Virus record (IMG/VR): IMGVR_UViG_3300021400_000045
Coordinates: 1 to 64,000 of that record
From: a virus
Taxonomy: Duplodnaviria > Caudoviricetes
Length of the DNA stretch: 64,000 nucleotides
Reading direction: 5' to 3' (one strand)
In this document: piece after piece, positions 1 to 10,132 of the stretch
Position numbering within the stretch: the stretch's first letter is position 1
How the letters are laid out: every line of letters begins with the position of its first letter
The notes under the pieces: model-generated
What the model was told of the DNA's origin: nothing
The model's input: only the letters and a program-made list of their open reading frames with translations
Database searches by the model: none
Position numbers and translations under genes: made by a program

Positions 1-797
1 TTCTCGTTCGCCTGATTCAGTTCGGCTTCCTTCGCGGCAACGTTTTCGTTCAGCGAATTCAGTTCGTTCGTGAGATTTGCCTTATCGTCAAGAACGGCGT
101 GCAGTTCCGTCTTAATTTCATCAACAAATCCACGGAGCTTGGTTTCATCCATGCTACCATCCTCCTTGTTGTTTATTTCGAGTACATGACACGCGTCGTC
201 TGCGGGCGGTACTGCACCGCTCAGAATGGCATAGCCAGAATACTCATATTGCATCGGGACGCGTCCGTGTTCTTTGTACCCGTCCTCGTACACAATCACA
301 TTGTTGTTTTCGGGAGTGCCGACGATCTCGACGCTCCCCATCACGGTGCCTTCCGGCACATGCTGTTTCAGGTAGTCCACCAGTCCGGGGCATCTGTGTT
401 CATACAGTACGCCGTCGGCCATCAGTACCTTGGTCGGCACACCGTTGAGTTCAACTGTGGTGATCTCGCCGCCGGTAATGCTACCGACCACCTCAGATGA
501 TGTGCTGAATACAGGCATCGGCCTGCCGTCATAGTCCACGCCCTGTCCTACCAGTCCGTGGCCGCTGATCTCTGTGTCATCGGCTGTCATGCCCTTGTCC
601 AGATAATCGACCACGATCTCTGCCGGGGCCAGCCGTTTCAGCGCCTCGCGCACGTATTCCTCTTTCCAGGAAATACCGTTGTCCTGATAGTCTTCGGGCG
701 TATCCATGATCCTGTGCATGATCAGCTTGATAGGACGCTTGCCGCCACGCGCCGCCGACTCGCTGAGTTCATAGATTCTTGTCTGAATAGTCTCCAT
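1..797 (-). CDS. Prohead protease/scaffold protein (runs off the window edge)
   Basis: Hand translation from ATG 797 (RBS GGAGGTG): METIQTRIYELSE...NGISWKEEY...GHG...GSVEIVG...FSGYAIL-like YSGYAIL, then a coiled-coil tail. Directly downstream of portal. Absent from the ORF track because it is open at the edge. Confidence 0.7.
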   Translation of the reverse strand, partial: METIQTRIYELSESAARGGKRPIKLIMHRIMDTPEDYQDNGISWKEEYVREALKRLAPAEIVVDYLDKGMTADDTEISGHGLVGQGVDYDGRPMPVFSTSSEVVGSITGGEITTVELNGVPTKVLMADGVLYEHRCPGLVDYLKQHVPEGTVMGSVEIVGTPENNNVIVYEDGYKEHGRVPMQYEYSGYAILSGAVPPADDACHVLEINNKEDGSMDETKLRGFVDEIKTELHAVLDDKANLTNELNSLNENVAAKEAELNQANE

Positions 798-812
798 CCA
801 GAATCACCTCCC

Positions 813-2372
813 TCAGTCGCTGGGGCTCGGTATGGCGTTCGCGCCGTTCGAGCGTGTGGTCAGCGTCTTCGGGTTGTGCGTGTCCTCGTCCACGGGGCGT
901 CCGCCGTCGCTGTCCCCGTCAGCGCCATAGGTGAATGACGTCTGATGCACAGGATACTTGTGTTCAATGTCGTCCTCCAACTCTGTATCAAGCATGTCGA
1001 AGAACGCGTCGGCACCGATGCCGACAGCAGTCGCCCACAGCGACAGTGAACCCTTGCCTTGCAGGTACAAGTCTTTGACCATCTCCACAAACTGCTTGCG
1101 GTTGCAGTAGGTGATCGGCAGATACCTGACCTCGGTGCGGTAGTTCGGGTTCTGTATGATGTTCGCGTTGATCACCTTGTTCAGCTCTTCGACCACCATA
1201 TCCACGATGTTGAAGATCTCGGCGGTGATCAGTTGCAGGTTGTTCTCCTGCGCACTGAAGGATGATGTGCCCTCGCCCGTCAGCAGGCTCGCCGCAAAGC
1301 CCAGGCCCAGAGAGATGTTCTTTCTCAGGTCAGAGCTATTGCTCTCGTCCAGAATGCTCACGTCCGGCTTCAGCACATCGATCTTCGTTCCGGCAGCCAC
1401 CGAGAAGAAGGTCGTAGCGCCGCTCGAACCATTCGTGTTCTTTATCGCGTCGCGCACGGTGTCATGCTGGTCTTGCTGCTGTTTTCCTGTCAGGGCACTC
1501 TCGCCCTTCTGCTTGCCTTCGGGGAAGGTTTCATAAATGATGCGCTTATTGATCTCGTCCACGGCCAGCCGCTTTGACTTGGTCATCAGCGCGTCGTACA
1601 GGATGTCGTCGATAGCGGCCAGCGCCAATGGCCTGCCGTAGGGCTCAGAGCGCTTCGCTCTGAACTTCACAGCGATCGTCTTGTTGGTGTCCAACACCAC
1701 CCACTGCTTACCCTTCCCGCTTCGCCACTGCGCATACGCGTCCCGGATCTCCTTGGGATACCGGCGAAGCTTGCTCTCGGCAGGCTCGTTGCCGTTGTTA
1801 TAGAAATACTCCAGATTGAACGACAGCACGTACGCGCCGTTCCTGATACCCACGATGCGGGTATAGTCCGGGTCGAGATAGATGACCGAGGCGTTCATCA
1901 CCGTGTCCTCATTGATCTCCACGATGTTGTTGACCTGCCAGTCGCTCATCCACTTGTCGTTGCTCAGCGGGCGTTTCTTTGTCTCGAAGTAGGCGAAGTA
2001 CACGCCGTCGACCAGCACGTTGTGCAGTGCGTCGCGCACCAGTTCACGGTCGCGAATCAGTCGCAGGACTTCGGTCACGATCTGTTTGTTCTTCTTCTTT
2101 TTGTTCGCGCTCTCTCCGTGCGGCACGATCACATGGTTCAGGGTGGGCAGTGATGTGCAGTAGTCCACAACATTGGTCACGATGCCGTTGCAGGAGTACA
2201 GCGCCCTGCTGAGTTCCCTGATCTCGTGATGATAGATCATCGGCTCCTGCACGATCTCCTTGATGCGATCCACGTCATACATATCGAGGATGTTACATCC
2301 AACGGGGTACGGTCGCCACGATACGTTCGACCATCGTGCGTTCGCCTCATAACTGACTGCTTCATCAGCCAT
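813..2372 (-). CDS. Portal protein (SPbeta-like)
   Basis: About 520 aa, between terL and protease; EPYGRPLALAA motif and C-terminal GGRP low-complexity tail typical of portals; RBS AAGGAGGTG. Confidence 0.8.
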   Translation of the reverse strand: MADEAVSYEANARWSNVSWRPYPVGCNILDMYDVDRIKEIVQEPMIYHHEIRELSRALYSCNGIVTNVVDYCTSLPTLNHVIVPHGESANKKKKNKQIVTEVLRLIRDRELVRDALHNVLVDGVYFAYFETKKRPLSNDKWMSDWQVNNIVEINEDTVMNASVIYLDPDYTRIVGIRNGAYVLSFNLEYFYNNGNEPAESKLRRYPKEIRDAYAQWRSGKGKQWVVLDTNKTIAVKFRAKRSEPYGRPLALAAIDDILYDALMTKSKRLAVDEINKRIIYETFPEGKQKGESALTGKQQQDQHDTVRDAIKNTNGSSGATTFFSVAAGTKIDVLKPDVSILDESNSSDLRKNISLGLGFAASLLTGEGTSSFSAQENNLQLITAEIFNIVDMVVEELNKVINANIIQNPNYRTEVRYLPITYCNRKQFVEMVKDLYLQGKGSLSLWATAVGIGADAFFDMLDTELEDDIEHKYPVHQTSFTYGADGDSDGGRPVDEDTHNPKTLTTRSNGANAIPSPSD

Positions 2373-2385
2373 CGCTGTCACCTCC

Positions 2386-4155
2386 TTAGTTTACATATGT
2401 GTGGTATTCATATTGGTTCGACGTTGACAGCAGGTCGTGTTCCAGCAGGGAGGCGAAGTACACGCCGTAGCTGACAGAGGTATATCTATCCTTCGTATTC
2501 TTCCCCTGCTCCGCGATCCTGATGATGCCGGTGTCCGGCATGCGGTCATACGTCAGGTTGATCATTTCATTGATGAGCGCCCGCGTCTCAATGTACGGGC
2601 CTTCATAGAACATCTGTGTGTCCAGCTCGATGGCGTCGGCATATCCCTTCACCTTCGGCAGGATCTCGTCCACGGCGATGTCGTACTGCGCCAGCAGGTA
2701 CATGCGGTGCTCCGCAAACTCGCGGCGGGTCACCTGTGCGATCTCGCTGTTGATCTTCGCCGTCGCGTTCACCGCGAACAGCACGTCAATCGCGCCTTCC
2801 ACGCGCACACGGTTCGCCGTGTTCTCGTCGTTCATGCACCTGAAGGCGGGCATCTCTGTCTGGGTCGTCTCGTCATAGGTCGGTCTCGCCAGCATATCGT
2901 AGATGGCAGAGCCGCCGTTGCGCATATCCAGTACGATATAGTCACATCCGGTATCAAAGAAAATGCTCTTGATACGCCGCGCCTGCTCCATCGTGTCGCC
3001 GCCGTGGATGTGTTCCATATACACAACATGCTTCTGGTAGTACATGGAGCCGTTATCAAAGTATTCAGGGATGAGCCTGATGATCGAGAACACCGAGTTG
3101 TCGTTGTCCTTCTTGTCCACGAAGGCCATATCGCAGCTCATGATGCGCACCTCGCCGTCCTGGTGCTTCAGGATGTCGCCCTTCTTGACTGGGTTGTAGT
3201 TATCCTTGCGCGGGTAGATGGGCGGTTGCTTGATCAGCTGAGCCGCTGCTAGCATCTCGTAGTCGAAGTACGCGTTCTCGTTCTCGCCGACCATGATGTT
3301 TTCGCTTTCAATCATCCATGTGGTCGGGTCATCGCGGCGCTTATCCTTGATCAGCTGGTTGCGCGTTTTGATCTTGTGAAACAGTGTCAGCACGTAATCG
3401 AACGCCAGCAGTGAGTAGCGCATGTTCCCGTGCGCCACCTGCATGGCCATATCCTTGATCGATTTCCACATCCAGTGCGACCGGTACCACGCAGACGAGA
3501 TATAGATCGTCTTGCTCTCCTCAGGCTCGATATCCTGATATTCCGGCCTGTCCTTGTACGGCGCGTTGCGCACATGCTGAAACTTGCTGAGTACTGAGTC
3601 GATAACGAACTTCTTGATCATGCGGCACTCTTCCAGTATCAGTATGGTAGAGCGGTATCCGCGTGCGTTATCATTACCGACCACGACGATGATCGAGCTC
3701 TCGTTTCTGAACATGACCTCGATGTCGTCGCCGCGTGTCTTGATATACTTGATCTCGGCCCGCAGGTTGGGCGACGCAGGCATGAGCTCCTTCTCGATCT
3801 TTTCGGATACGATCAGCTTCGCTTGCTTCAGGGTACCGGACGCGATCACGATCTGGCTCTTCGGCCTGAGGATCGCCTCACAGCATGCGAAGATGGCCAA
3901 TACGTAGGACTTCGCCGAGGCACGGGCCGCGATGCACATGCTCTCGTCAGCGTTCCCCAGCTCATACAGCATCAGCCGCTGATACGGGTACAGCTTCAGT
4001 CCAAGGTAGTGCTCCGCGAACCGGTGGATGTTGTGCCTGTAAAAGTCACACCAGTCGATCAGCGCGTTAATATGCTTCTGGTCGCTCAGCCAGCCCTCGG
4101 TGAAGTGCTCAGCCAAAGTCCGCTGGTTCTTGTCCAGCAGCTTCTCGTTAGCCAT
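2386..4155 (-). CDS. terL: Terminase large subunit
   Basis: LYPYQ adenine-binding motif, ARASAKS Walker A, ILILEE Walker B, YISSA motif III, RNase H-like nuclease (SCDMA, VLDMRNGG, KDRYTS). Confidence 0.9.
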   Translation of the reverse strand: MANEKLLDKNQRTLAEHFTEGWLSDQKHINALIDWCDFYRHNIHRFAEHYLGLKLYPYQRLMLYELGNADESMCIAARASAKSYVLAIFACCEAILRPKSQIVIASGTLKQAKLIVSEKIEKELMPASPNLRAEIKYIKTRGDDIEVMFRNESSIIVVVGNDNARGYRSTILILEECRMIKKFVIDSVLSKFQHVRNAPYKDRPEYQDIEPEESKTIYISSAWYRSHWMWKSIKDMAMQVAHGNMRYSLLAFDYVLTLFHKIKTRNQLIKDKRRDDPTTWMIESENIMVGENENAYFDYEMLAAAQLIKQPPIYPRKDNYNPVKKGDILKHQDGEVRIMSCDMAFVDKKDNDNSVFSIIRLIPEYFDNGSMYYQKHVVYMEHIHGGDTMEQARRIKSIFFDTGCDYIVLDMRNGGSAIYDMLARPTYDETTQTEMPAFRCMNDENTANRVRVEGAIDVLFAVNATAKINSEIAQVTRREFAEHRMYLLAQYDIAVDEILPKVKGYADAIELDTQMFYEGPYIETRALINEMINLTYDRMPDTGIIRIAEQGKNTKDRYTSVSYGVYFASLLEHDLLSTSNQYEYHTYVN

Positions 4156-5146
4156 CGTCATCACCGCCGAGACTGTCGAACGACGCCGCCTCTTCGTCTG
4201 TGATAGACAGCTCGTCGTCCACTTTCTGCGATGCCCTGTTCATCAGGTTCATCAGCGGCCTGCGGCAGAAGCGGTCATAGTATGTCCCCTGCTTGTCCAC
4301 GTCCTTGTACGGCGTGTTCTTCACATACTGCGCTGGGGTCAGCGTCTCGATCTGCTGTAGCAGTACGCCCAGCGGCATATCGTTATCGTCGCCCTTCTTG
4401 ACCACGGTATCAAAGCCGCTCTCGGCAATGGACTTCCGCAGTGTCGATGACAGGGCCGACGCGTTCGGCTTGTCGTTCTTGATCGCTTCCATACACCGGT
4501 ATTCCAGTGCCGCCAGAAAGCGGGCGCTCTTCAGCTGGCCTGCGGTGGCTGTGTCGCCCAGCGGCAGGATGTACCCGCGATAAATGCGCAGCATATCCCC
4601 GTAGGCGTTCTCCTCGAAGCCCTCGCCAAAAATGTCGACAGCCTCCAGTAGGTCGGTGGTTGACAGGCCGCTGTTCCCGCTGGTGATCACATTGGTCAGG
4701 CGCTTGTCCTCTTCCTCGGTGATGGTGTCGTCCCACCATTTGTTCATCGTGGTCTTCAGCTGTCTGACCTTCCTGAAGTAGTCGGCCACCGTATATTCAT
4801 CGCCCAGCTTCTCCATTACAGCGGGGCTGTAGTAACCGTCCAGCCACTCACATGTCCTGCGCAGGGCTTTCGGTTTATCGTTATATTGCTTTATATGGTC
4901 TTGAAAGAACTGCTCGACGCATTCATTACACACATGTACGTAGTTGTAATTGTGCGCGTACATCGGGCTCTCCACCTGAACAAAGTTCCCCTGTTGGTAG
5001 GGATACTCTTTCCCGCACATCGAGCAAACAGATGGAAGTTCCGGTGCCTTCACCACCCTTGGTTTCTTGGGCTTCTGCTTCGGCTTCGGCTTTACTTCTT
5101 TCACAACGACCCGTTCCTCTTTGATTACAACTGGTATCGCTGGCAT
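4148..5146 (-). CDS. Probable terminase small subunit with N-terminal Zn finger
   Basis: Overlaps terL start; CSMC...CNEC; assignment is mainly positional. Confidence 0.55.
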   Translation of the reverse strand: MPAIPVVIKEERVVVKEVKPKPKQKPKKPRVVKAPELPSVCSMCGKEYPYQQGNFVQVESPMYAHNYNYVHVCNECVEQFFQDHIKQYNDKPKALRRTCEWLDGYYSPAVMEKLGDEYTVADYFRKVRQLKTTMNKWWDDTITEEEDKRLTNVITSGNSGLSTTDLLEAVDIFGEGFEENAYGDMLRIYRGYILPLGDTATAGQLKSARFLAALEYRCMEAIKNDKPNASALSSTLRKSIAESGFDTVVKKGDDNDMPLGVLLQQIETLTPAQYVKNTPYKDVDKQGTYYDRFCRRPLMNLMNRASQKVDDELSITDEEAASFDSLGGDDDG

Positions 5147-5171
5147 ATATACGTCCTCTCTCCCAAAAATA

Positions 5172-5197
5172 CAAAAGGCCAGCGGTTTCCCGCTGGC
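5172..5197 (-). terminator. Intrinsic terminator-like hairpin upstream of the terS candidate
   Basis: Minus strand GCCAGCGG-GAAA-CCGCTGGC followed by CTTTTGT. Confidence 0.55.
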
Positions 5198-5283
5198 TCA
5201 CTTTATAATGCGGTCTAACTAAGACGCAGGCGTACACGCGTCTTTACAACTCCCACAACGACAGTTCTGTTCTGATAAGCATA

Positions 5284-5802
5284 TTAAGGCCAGTACCGGT
5301 CGAACTCCCCGGTCAGCAGTCCGGCATCATCCTTGTCTGTGCAGAAGTACACGCCGTCGGCCTCGGTGAAGATGTCCTGCGCCAGATCCTGATACAGGCA
5401 GGAGCGCTGACCGTAGACGTCACCCAGGTCGTCGTTGTAGTACTGCACCACTGTGCGGTCAAACACGACATAGTGAATATCGTTGCTGAACAGGCCGTGG
5501 ATGGTCTGAACAAAGGACAGCGCCTCATTGCTGTCAAAGGCGTCCAGGCACAGGTCTCCGCAGGACTTTTCATTGGTGTTGGCAGGGACGACGTTGATCT
5601 GCACCTTGACATTGCCGAATTTGCGCTCGGTGGGCAGCATCATCGCCAGAGCCTCGGCCTTCGCCTCGCCCTCCACATACAGGTCGATATGCTTGGTGTC
5701 ATCGTCATACAGCACACGCACCTTCGGGTCGCGGCTGAAGAACTCTTCAACCTCGCGGTAGAAATTGATCCACGGGGATACGAACATCGTCGCCATAATC
5801 AT
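5284..5802 (-). CDS. Hypothetical phage protein
   Basis: ORF with RBS, coupled to neighbours. Confidence 0.7.
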   Translation of the reverse strand: MIMATMFVSPWINFYREVEEFFSRDPKVRVLYDDDTKHIDLYVEGEAKAEALAMMLPTERKFGNVKVQINVVPANTNEKSCGDLCLDAFDSNEALSFVQTIHGLFSNDIHYVVFDRTVVQYYNDDLGDVYGQRSCLYQDLAQDIFTEADGVYFCTDKDDAGLLTGEFDRYWP

Positions 5803-5812
5803 GTACCTCTCT

Positions 5813-7042
5813 TTACTCTTCAAATGGATATACACACTCATCGTCCAAAGAAACATTATAGATGCACTCGACCGTCTTCCGGCCTGATGTGATGATCACT
5901 GTCTGCTCCACCGGCGCGAACAGCCGCTTGTTGAAAGCGTACCCGTCCGTCCCGCACAGGCATCCGCACTGGATAACCCTGGTCTTGCCCACCGTGTTCA
6001 GTGCGCTGTGGTGCATATGCCCCATCAGCACGATGTCCGGTGTCTCGCCGTAAAGCTGGGTCATGTTGGTGACCACATTGTTCGGGTTGTCCAGATCGCC
6101 GTGCACCGCCACCACCATGCGTCCAGCGTCTGTGTAGAACATCCGCGAGTAATCATAGAAGTTGGCGATGTCATTGCTGTTGTATATTTTTACACGCGGG
6201 TTGTTGCCCAGCGCCGCCTCCAGATAAAACGCGATCAGCGAGTCCAGGTTGTCGCCGGGGATATTGTCCTCCTTGTTGGCATTCACACGGCTGTGGTTCC
6301 CGCTCACGCTGTAGATGTTCACGCGGTCAAAGATCTCCGCCAGTCCTTCCACAAACTGGCTGATGGCTGTGCAGGCCAGCTTGATCTGCTGAACCGTGTT
6401 CACTGAGTTCGTCGCCGTGATCGATGCGTGAATGCTCCCGCTGATCTGGTCTCCCAAAAGACAGAGGTGGCAGGTGTGGGCGTGATGCCGGTTCTGGATG
6501 ATCTTGATCTCGTCAAGGTAATCGCTCAGCCGTTCCAGCATGACGTCCGTGCTGTACTCGTTCTGCGCATTGCTCGTCGCTACGCCGACATGCATGTCAG
6601 ACAGGCAGACGATGGCGTCGATGTACGCGCTTCCGGTCTCCTTCTTCTTCTCCACCTTGATGGGGATCTGTTCGGCCAGCGAGTTCTTGAGCTCTTCCAT
6701 GAACGCTTCCTTACGCGCCTCTTCCCGGAGCTGACGGTTCAGCTGGTTGCGTTCATCGCGCAGGCGGGTGCGTTCCTTGTACAGCTCCTGCCTCGCCTTG
6801 CGCAGCTCCTGCGCTTCCTCGCTCTCGTTCTGGTTGGCGAAGACCTCGTTGTAAAACGTCATCGCCTGCGTATACGGCTTACGATAAGCAGAGCTCCCGT
6901 AGCTCAAGCCAAGCTCCTCGTTCAGCACCTTGGCCAGCTCGTCCCATGTCATGTCCAGCTCTCCACGGTCTTTCATGGTCGCGAGCCTGAAGATGTATTG
7001 CGTTCTGCTCTCGTCATCTCTTTTCTTCAATTCAACTTCCAA
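5813..7042 (-). CDS. Calcineurin-like metallophosphoesterase with N-terminal HTH/coiled coil
   Basis: DMH, LGD, GNH, HGD, GHMH motifs. Confidence 0.85.
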   Translation of the reverse strand: MEVELKKRDDESRTQYIFRLATMKDRGELDMTWDELAKVLNEELGLSYGSSAYRKPYTQAMTFYNEVFANQNESEEAQELRKARQELYKERTRLRDERNQLNRQLREEARKEAFMEELKNSLAEQIPIKVEKKKETGSAYIDAIVCLSDMHVGVATSNAQNEYSTDVMLERLSDYLDEIKIIQNRHHAHTCHLCLLGDQISGSIHASITATNSVNTVQQIKLACTAISQFVEGLAEIFDRVNIYSVSGNHSRVNANKEDNIPGDNLDSLIAFYLEAALGNNPRVKIYNSNDIANFYDYSRMFYTDAGRMVVAVHGDLDNPNNVVTNMTQLYGETPDIVLMGHMHHSALNTVGKTRVIQCGCLCGTDGYAFNKRLFAPVEQTVIITSGRKTVECIYNVSLDDECVYPFEE

Positions 7043-7049
7043 AACTTCT

Positions 7050-7805
7050 TCACCCTTTGCTATTGATTTCGTCTGCCCACTCCGCGACCTGTCCGCGCCT
7101 CGACTGCGTCAGCTGGGTGTAGTCACTCAGGTCTGGCCGTTTGGCGAAGTGCTCGATGTACGGCACAAAGCCGCTCAGCTTTTTGTTCGGCAGGTCGATC
7201 TGCTCACGATGTCCGATGACCACCACCAGACTGTTGTCGAACACACGGGTCAGCAACAGCCGCATCTCGTCGATGGTCGCGTTCTGCGCCTCGTCGATGA
7301 TCACGATCGAGCGGTTGCTGTTGTCATTACTGCCCAGGTTGCACCCGCGCATGTACATCTGCCCGCTGCAATAGATCGGGTTGTCAATGCTCGTCTCCTC
7401 GTCGATATCGCCGTAGCAGATCTTGCGTTCAGGGCTGATACCGGCCACGAGCAGTGCCTGCTCTACCGGTATGAAATAAGGTTTTGTCTTTTCGAGAAGG
7501 CCAGGGCGGTAGCCTACTTTCGATTCAGCTGAACCGCCCATAGCCCGGATATAGTATGTCCTGTTGGCCAGCCCGTAATCCATTGCCAGCACAGCCAGCA
7601 GAACGGCCAATGTCGTTTTGCCAGAGCCGCTCTTGCCCTCCACGAATATCACGCGTCCGGTCTTTGCGCCCTGCCACATCAGGTCAACGTACTTGCGCTG
7701 CTCATCGTTCATGGTCTTTGCCAGACCGTAGAACGGTGAGTCATCCAAAGTCTCCGGCGGTGTATCGCGTTCAGGATAGCGTGTTACGTTCTTCTTGGTT
7801 GCCAA
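7050..7805 (-). CDS. phoH: PhoH-family ATPase
   Basis: GKSGSGKT, YMRG, IIDEAQN, LLTR, EQID motifs. Confidence 0.85.
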   Translation of the reverse strand: MATKKNVTRYPERDTPPETLDDSPFYGLAKTMNDEQRKYVDLMWQGAKTGRVIFVEGKSGSGKTTLAVLLAVLAMDYGLANRTYYIRAMGGSAESKVGYRPGLLEKTKPYFIPVEQALLVAGISPERKICYGDIDEETSIDNPIYCSGQMYMRGCNLGSNDNSNRSIVIIDEAQNATIDEMRLLLTRVFDNSLVVVIGHREQIDLPNKKLSGFVPYIEHFAKRPDLSDYTQLTQSRRGQVAEWADEINSKG

Positions 7806-7825
7806 GCCATCGCCCCCAGTAAGAT

Positions 7826-8521
7826 TTATTCTTCGACGATCTCCTCATCGACCTTCGCCGCCAGCAAGTCCTCGATGCTCACGATGATCTCATCAATGAT
7901 GCCGAGCTTGTATGCGTCGGACGCGTCGAAGTAGGTGTCGGTCTGGATGTACCTCTCGGCGTCATCCTGGGTGATCTTCGTGCGCGACCGCACGATGTCC
8001 ACCATATCTCTTACCTGCCATCCCCAATGAATCACTCCGTTGTACGCCGCCTTGTAGCCGACGCTGAATGATTCAGAAGAGCCGCTGTGCATCATGTACG
8101 CGCTGTACGGCATGCCAAACCTGCGGTGGCAGGCAAGCAGTACGATGAACGCCGCACTGAAGGCATAGCTCATGTTGATGCCGTATACCGGCGTCTTGCT
8201 GGTAATGATCGTATTGTACAGCGCGAATGCCGCGCTCATCTCTCCGCCCACGGAGTTGATGAACAGGTAGATCGGCTGGCGCTGTTCCACTGGTACGTCG
8301 CGGTCATCTCTGTTCCACTGGATGATACTGCGCATGACCATGCCGTTCGTCTGCTGGTCGATGTCATCATCGATCCAGAGCACGCGGTTGCAGAAGTCCT
8401 CCATGTTCTGGATGGCTTCGGGGTTCATCATGGAGATGTCCGCCGTCTGCGCTTCTTCCACCGGCACGAACCCGGCCTCACGCAGCTGTTCCTCGGTTAT
8501 GACCTGCTCGCAATTACTCAT
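7826..8521 (-). CDS. ClpP-like serine protease
   Basis: INSVGG, AFSAA (Ser), MMHSG (His), DTYF (Asp), LGIIDEI. Confidence 0.85.
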   Translation of the reverse strand: MSNCEQVITEEQLREAGFVPVEEAQTADISMMNPEAIQNMEDFCNRVLWIDDDIDQQTNGMVMRSIIQWNRDDRDVPVEQRQPIYLFINSVGGEMSAAFALYNTIITSKTPVYGINMSYAFSAAFIVLLACHRRFGMPYSAYMMHSGSSESFSVGYKAAYNGVIHWGWQVRDMVDIVRSRTKITQDDAERYIQTDTYFDASDAYKLGIIDEIIVSIEDLLAAKVDEEIVEE

Positions 8522-8690
8522 CACTGCGCATCCTCTCCTTCTCATAATATTTCAGGGCGTTCAGCACCTTGTTGCTCTCCTCCACATAATAGCGGTGGCG
8601 CTGGCTGTGTGCTTTCATTGTCCTGACGATATTAAGATTGGGAAACCTGCGCCGCAGATATTCAGCTTCGTCCTTGCCAATAAGTACCAT
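8514..8690 (-). CDS. Small basic hypothetical protein (58 aa)
   Basis: Hand translation MVLIGKDEAEYLRRRFPNL...; RBS GAGGAG; overlaps the ClpP start. Confidence 0.65.
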   Translation of the reverse strand: MVLIGKDEAEYLRRRFPNLNIVRTMKAHSQRHRYYVEESNKVLNALKYYEKERMRSDE

Positions 8691-8717
8691 GCTTTAATAC
8701 TCCTCTTGATTAAATTT

Positions 8718-8775
8718 GTGATACAGTTTGGGTGATACAGCTATGATGATACCATGTAGGTGATACATAATAATT
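8718..8775 (-). promoter_or_regulatory. AATTATTATGTATC plus tandem TGTATCAC element upstream of the late operon
   Basis: A near-identical element lies at 45163-45202 on the + strand. Confidence 0.6.
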
Positions 8776-8805
8776 ATCATAGTTTCCTATAACAGCCGCA
8801 ATTCC

Positions 8806-9429
8806 TTACTGTGCCTTGAATATCGCGTGATACAGGGAGTTGATGTCATTGTCTTTGAGCGCGTATTTGCCTGTATTCTCATAGGGCACCAGTATCTTGA
8901 AGCACGACACGCCACGGCTGTACTTGGTGAACCTGCCGGAGGTCTTCCCCTTGCCGGTGTCGATCTTGTCGATGTACCGCCACTCGACCAGACGGCGCAG
9001 GTTGCGCCCGCGCACATTCGGCCCCTTCATCCCCAGCCAGCTCGCCAGTCCTTCGGTCGAAGCCTGAAACACGCCGCGCCGGTCGGCAAACGCCTTCGCG
9101 TTGCAGAGCAGGGCCAGCGCTACCTTCCTGTCCGTCTCCGTCGGCGAGTGCTCAATGATGGCCTCTACATCCGCGTCAGAGATGTATACCTGTCCGCCGC
9201 GCCTCAGTTTGTTCTCATTGGTGTAGGCAGCATTCACGCATTGGAGGAGGTTCACGCCCCTCGTCGACCGCCCCGACCACTCGTTCAAGAAGGAGACGGT
9301 GTCCACTGGGGACTTGCCGTCTTCCTTCATGTACTTGGCGATCATATAGCAGGCGCGGTACATCTGCTGTCTGTCTTCCGGCGGTTCGCCTGCCATGTAG
9401 TTCTTTACTTCAGCTATCTCATCAATCAT
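8806..9429 (-). CDS. Hypothetical DNA-binding protein (wHTH-like C-terminus) downstream of the RNA polymerase
   Basis: Overlaps the RNAP stop; STEGLASWLGM...RNLRRLVEWRYI helix-turn-helix pattern. Confidence 0.6.
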   Translation of the reverse strand: MIDEIAEVKNYMAGEPPEDRQQMYRACYMIAKYMKEDGKSPVDTVSFLNEWSGRSTRGVNLLQCVNAAYTNENKLRRGGQVYISDADVEAIIEHSPTETDRKVALALLCNAKAFADRRGVFQASTEGLASWLGMKGPNVRGRNLRRLVEWRYIDKIDTGKGKTSGRFTKYSRGVSCFKILVPYENTGKYALKDNDINSLYHAIFKAQ

Positions 9430-10132
9430 AGAAACCGTCCTCCAGAAAATCAAACATTCCGGGTTCGATCGTGATGTCGATGTCATCGCTGTTCATCGGC
9501 ACCATCGTGTACCGTCGGCCCAGATACGACTCATCGCCGTTGTCGTCGCGGCTCGGCACCATGATGCCCGCCTGCGGCTTCACGTTCTCGATAATCCCCT
9601 CCGGGGCCACGATCCACGGGAACTTCCTACCACGGCCTTTGTACACCTCGTGCACCAGTTTGGTGGCAATGTTGGCCACCACGCGCTGGTCGTCGCAAAC
9701 GTCAGCGCACAGCTTCTTGTATTTCTGGTACAGCTCGTCCCAGTCGGCGATGTAGGTGGTGGCCTCGTACTTCGTGTACTGCTGTCTGATCTCGCGGTCA
9801 GCGTATCGCCTCACCTTCGTCTGGTACTTCTGAAGCTCATTGCTCTCTTTGCAGAACTCCTTGAAGATCCTGGCAATAGCGTCGAACTGCTCCTGCGTAT
9901 ACTCTATGCTCTCGTCATACATGACGTGATAATCGAATCGTTCCTTGCGCCGCCACTTGATCTCGCGCTCCCACTTCTCTATCTCGCGGCACAGCCTGTT
10001 CATATTGCTCGGCGCTTTTGAAAGTTCCATCCTCGCATAGTACGGCGACCGATACCGCATGAAATATGGGAGGGGTCTGCCCCACTTGCTGATCACGCGG
10101 GGCATTGAATAAAGCACGCCGGTTTTTGCATA
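9422..10132 (-). CDS. YonO-like RNA polymerase, exon 2
   Basis: Begins YAKTG; splicing restores GKSID/YAKTG. Confidence 0.85.
   Translation of the reverse strand, partial: YAKTGVLYSMPRVISKWGRPLPYFMRYRSPYYARMELSKAPSNMNRLCREIEKWEREIKWRRKERFDYHVMYDESIEYTQEQFDAIARIFKEFCKESNELQKYQTKVRRYADREIRQQYTKYEATTYIADWDELYQKYKKLCADVCDDQRVVANIATKLVHEVYKGRGRKFPWIVAPEGIIENVKPQAGIMVPSRDDNGDESYLGRRYTMVPMNSDDIDITIEPGMFDFLEDGFYD

Noticed and set aside
5195-5280. tRNA or riboswitch upstream of the terS candidate
   Set aside because: Only simple hairpins; no cloverleaf or aptamer consensus recognised.
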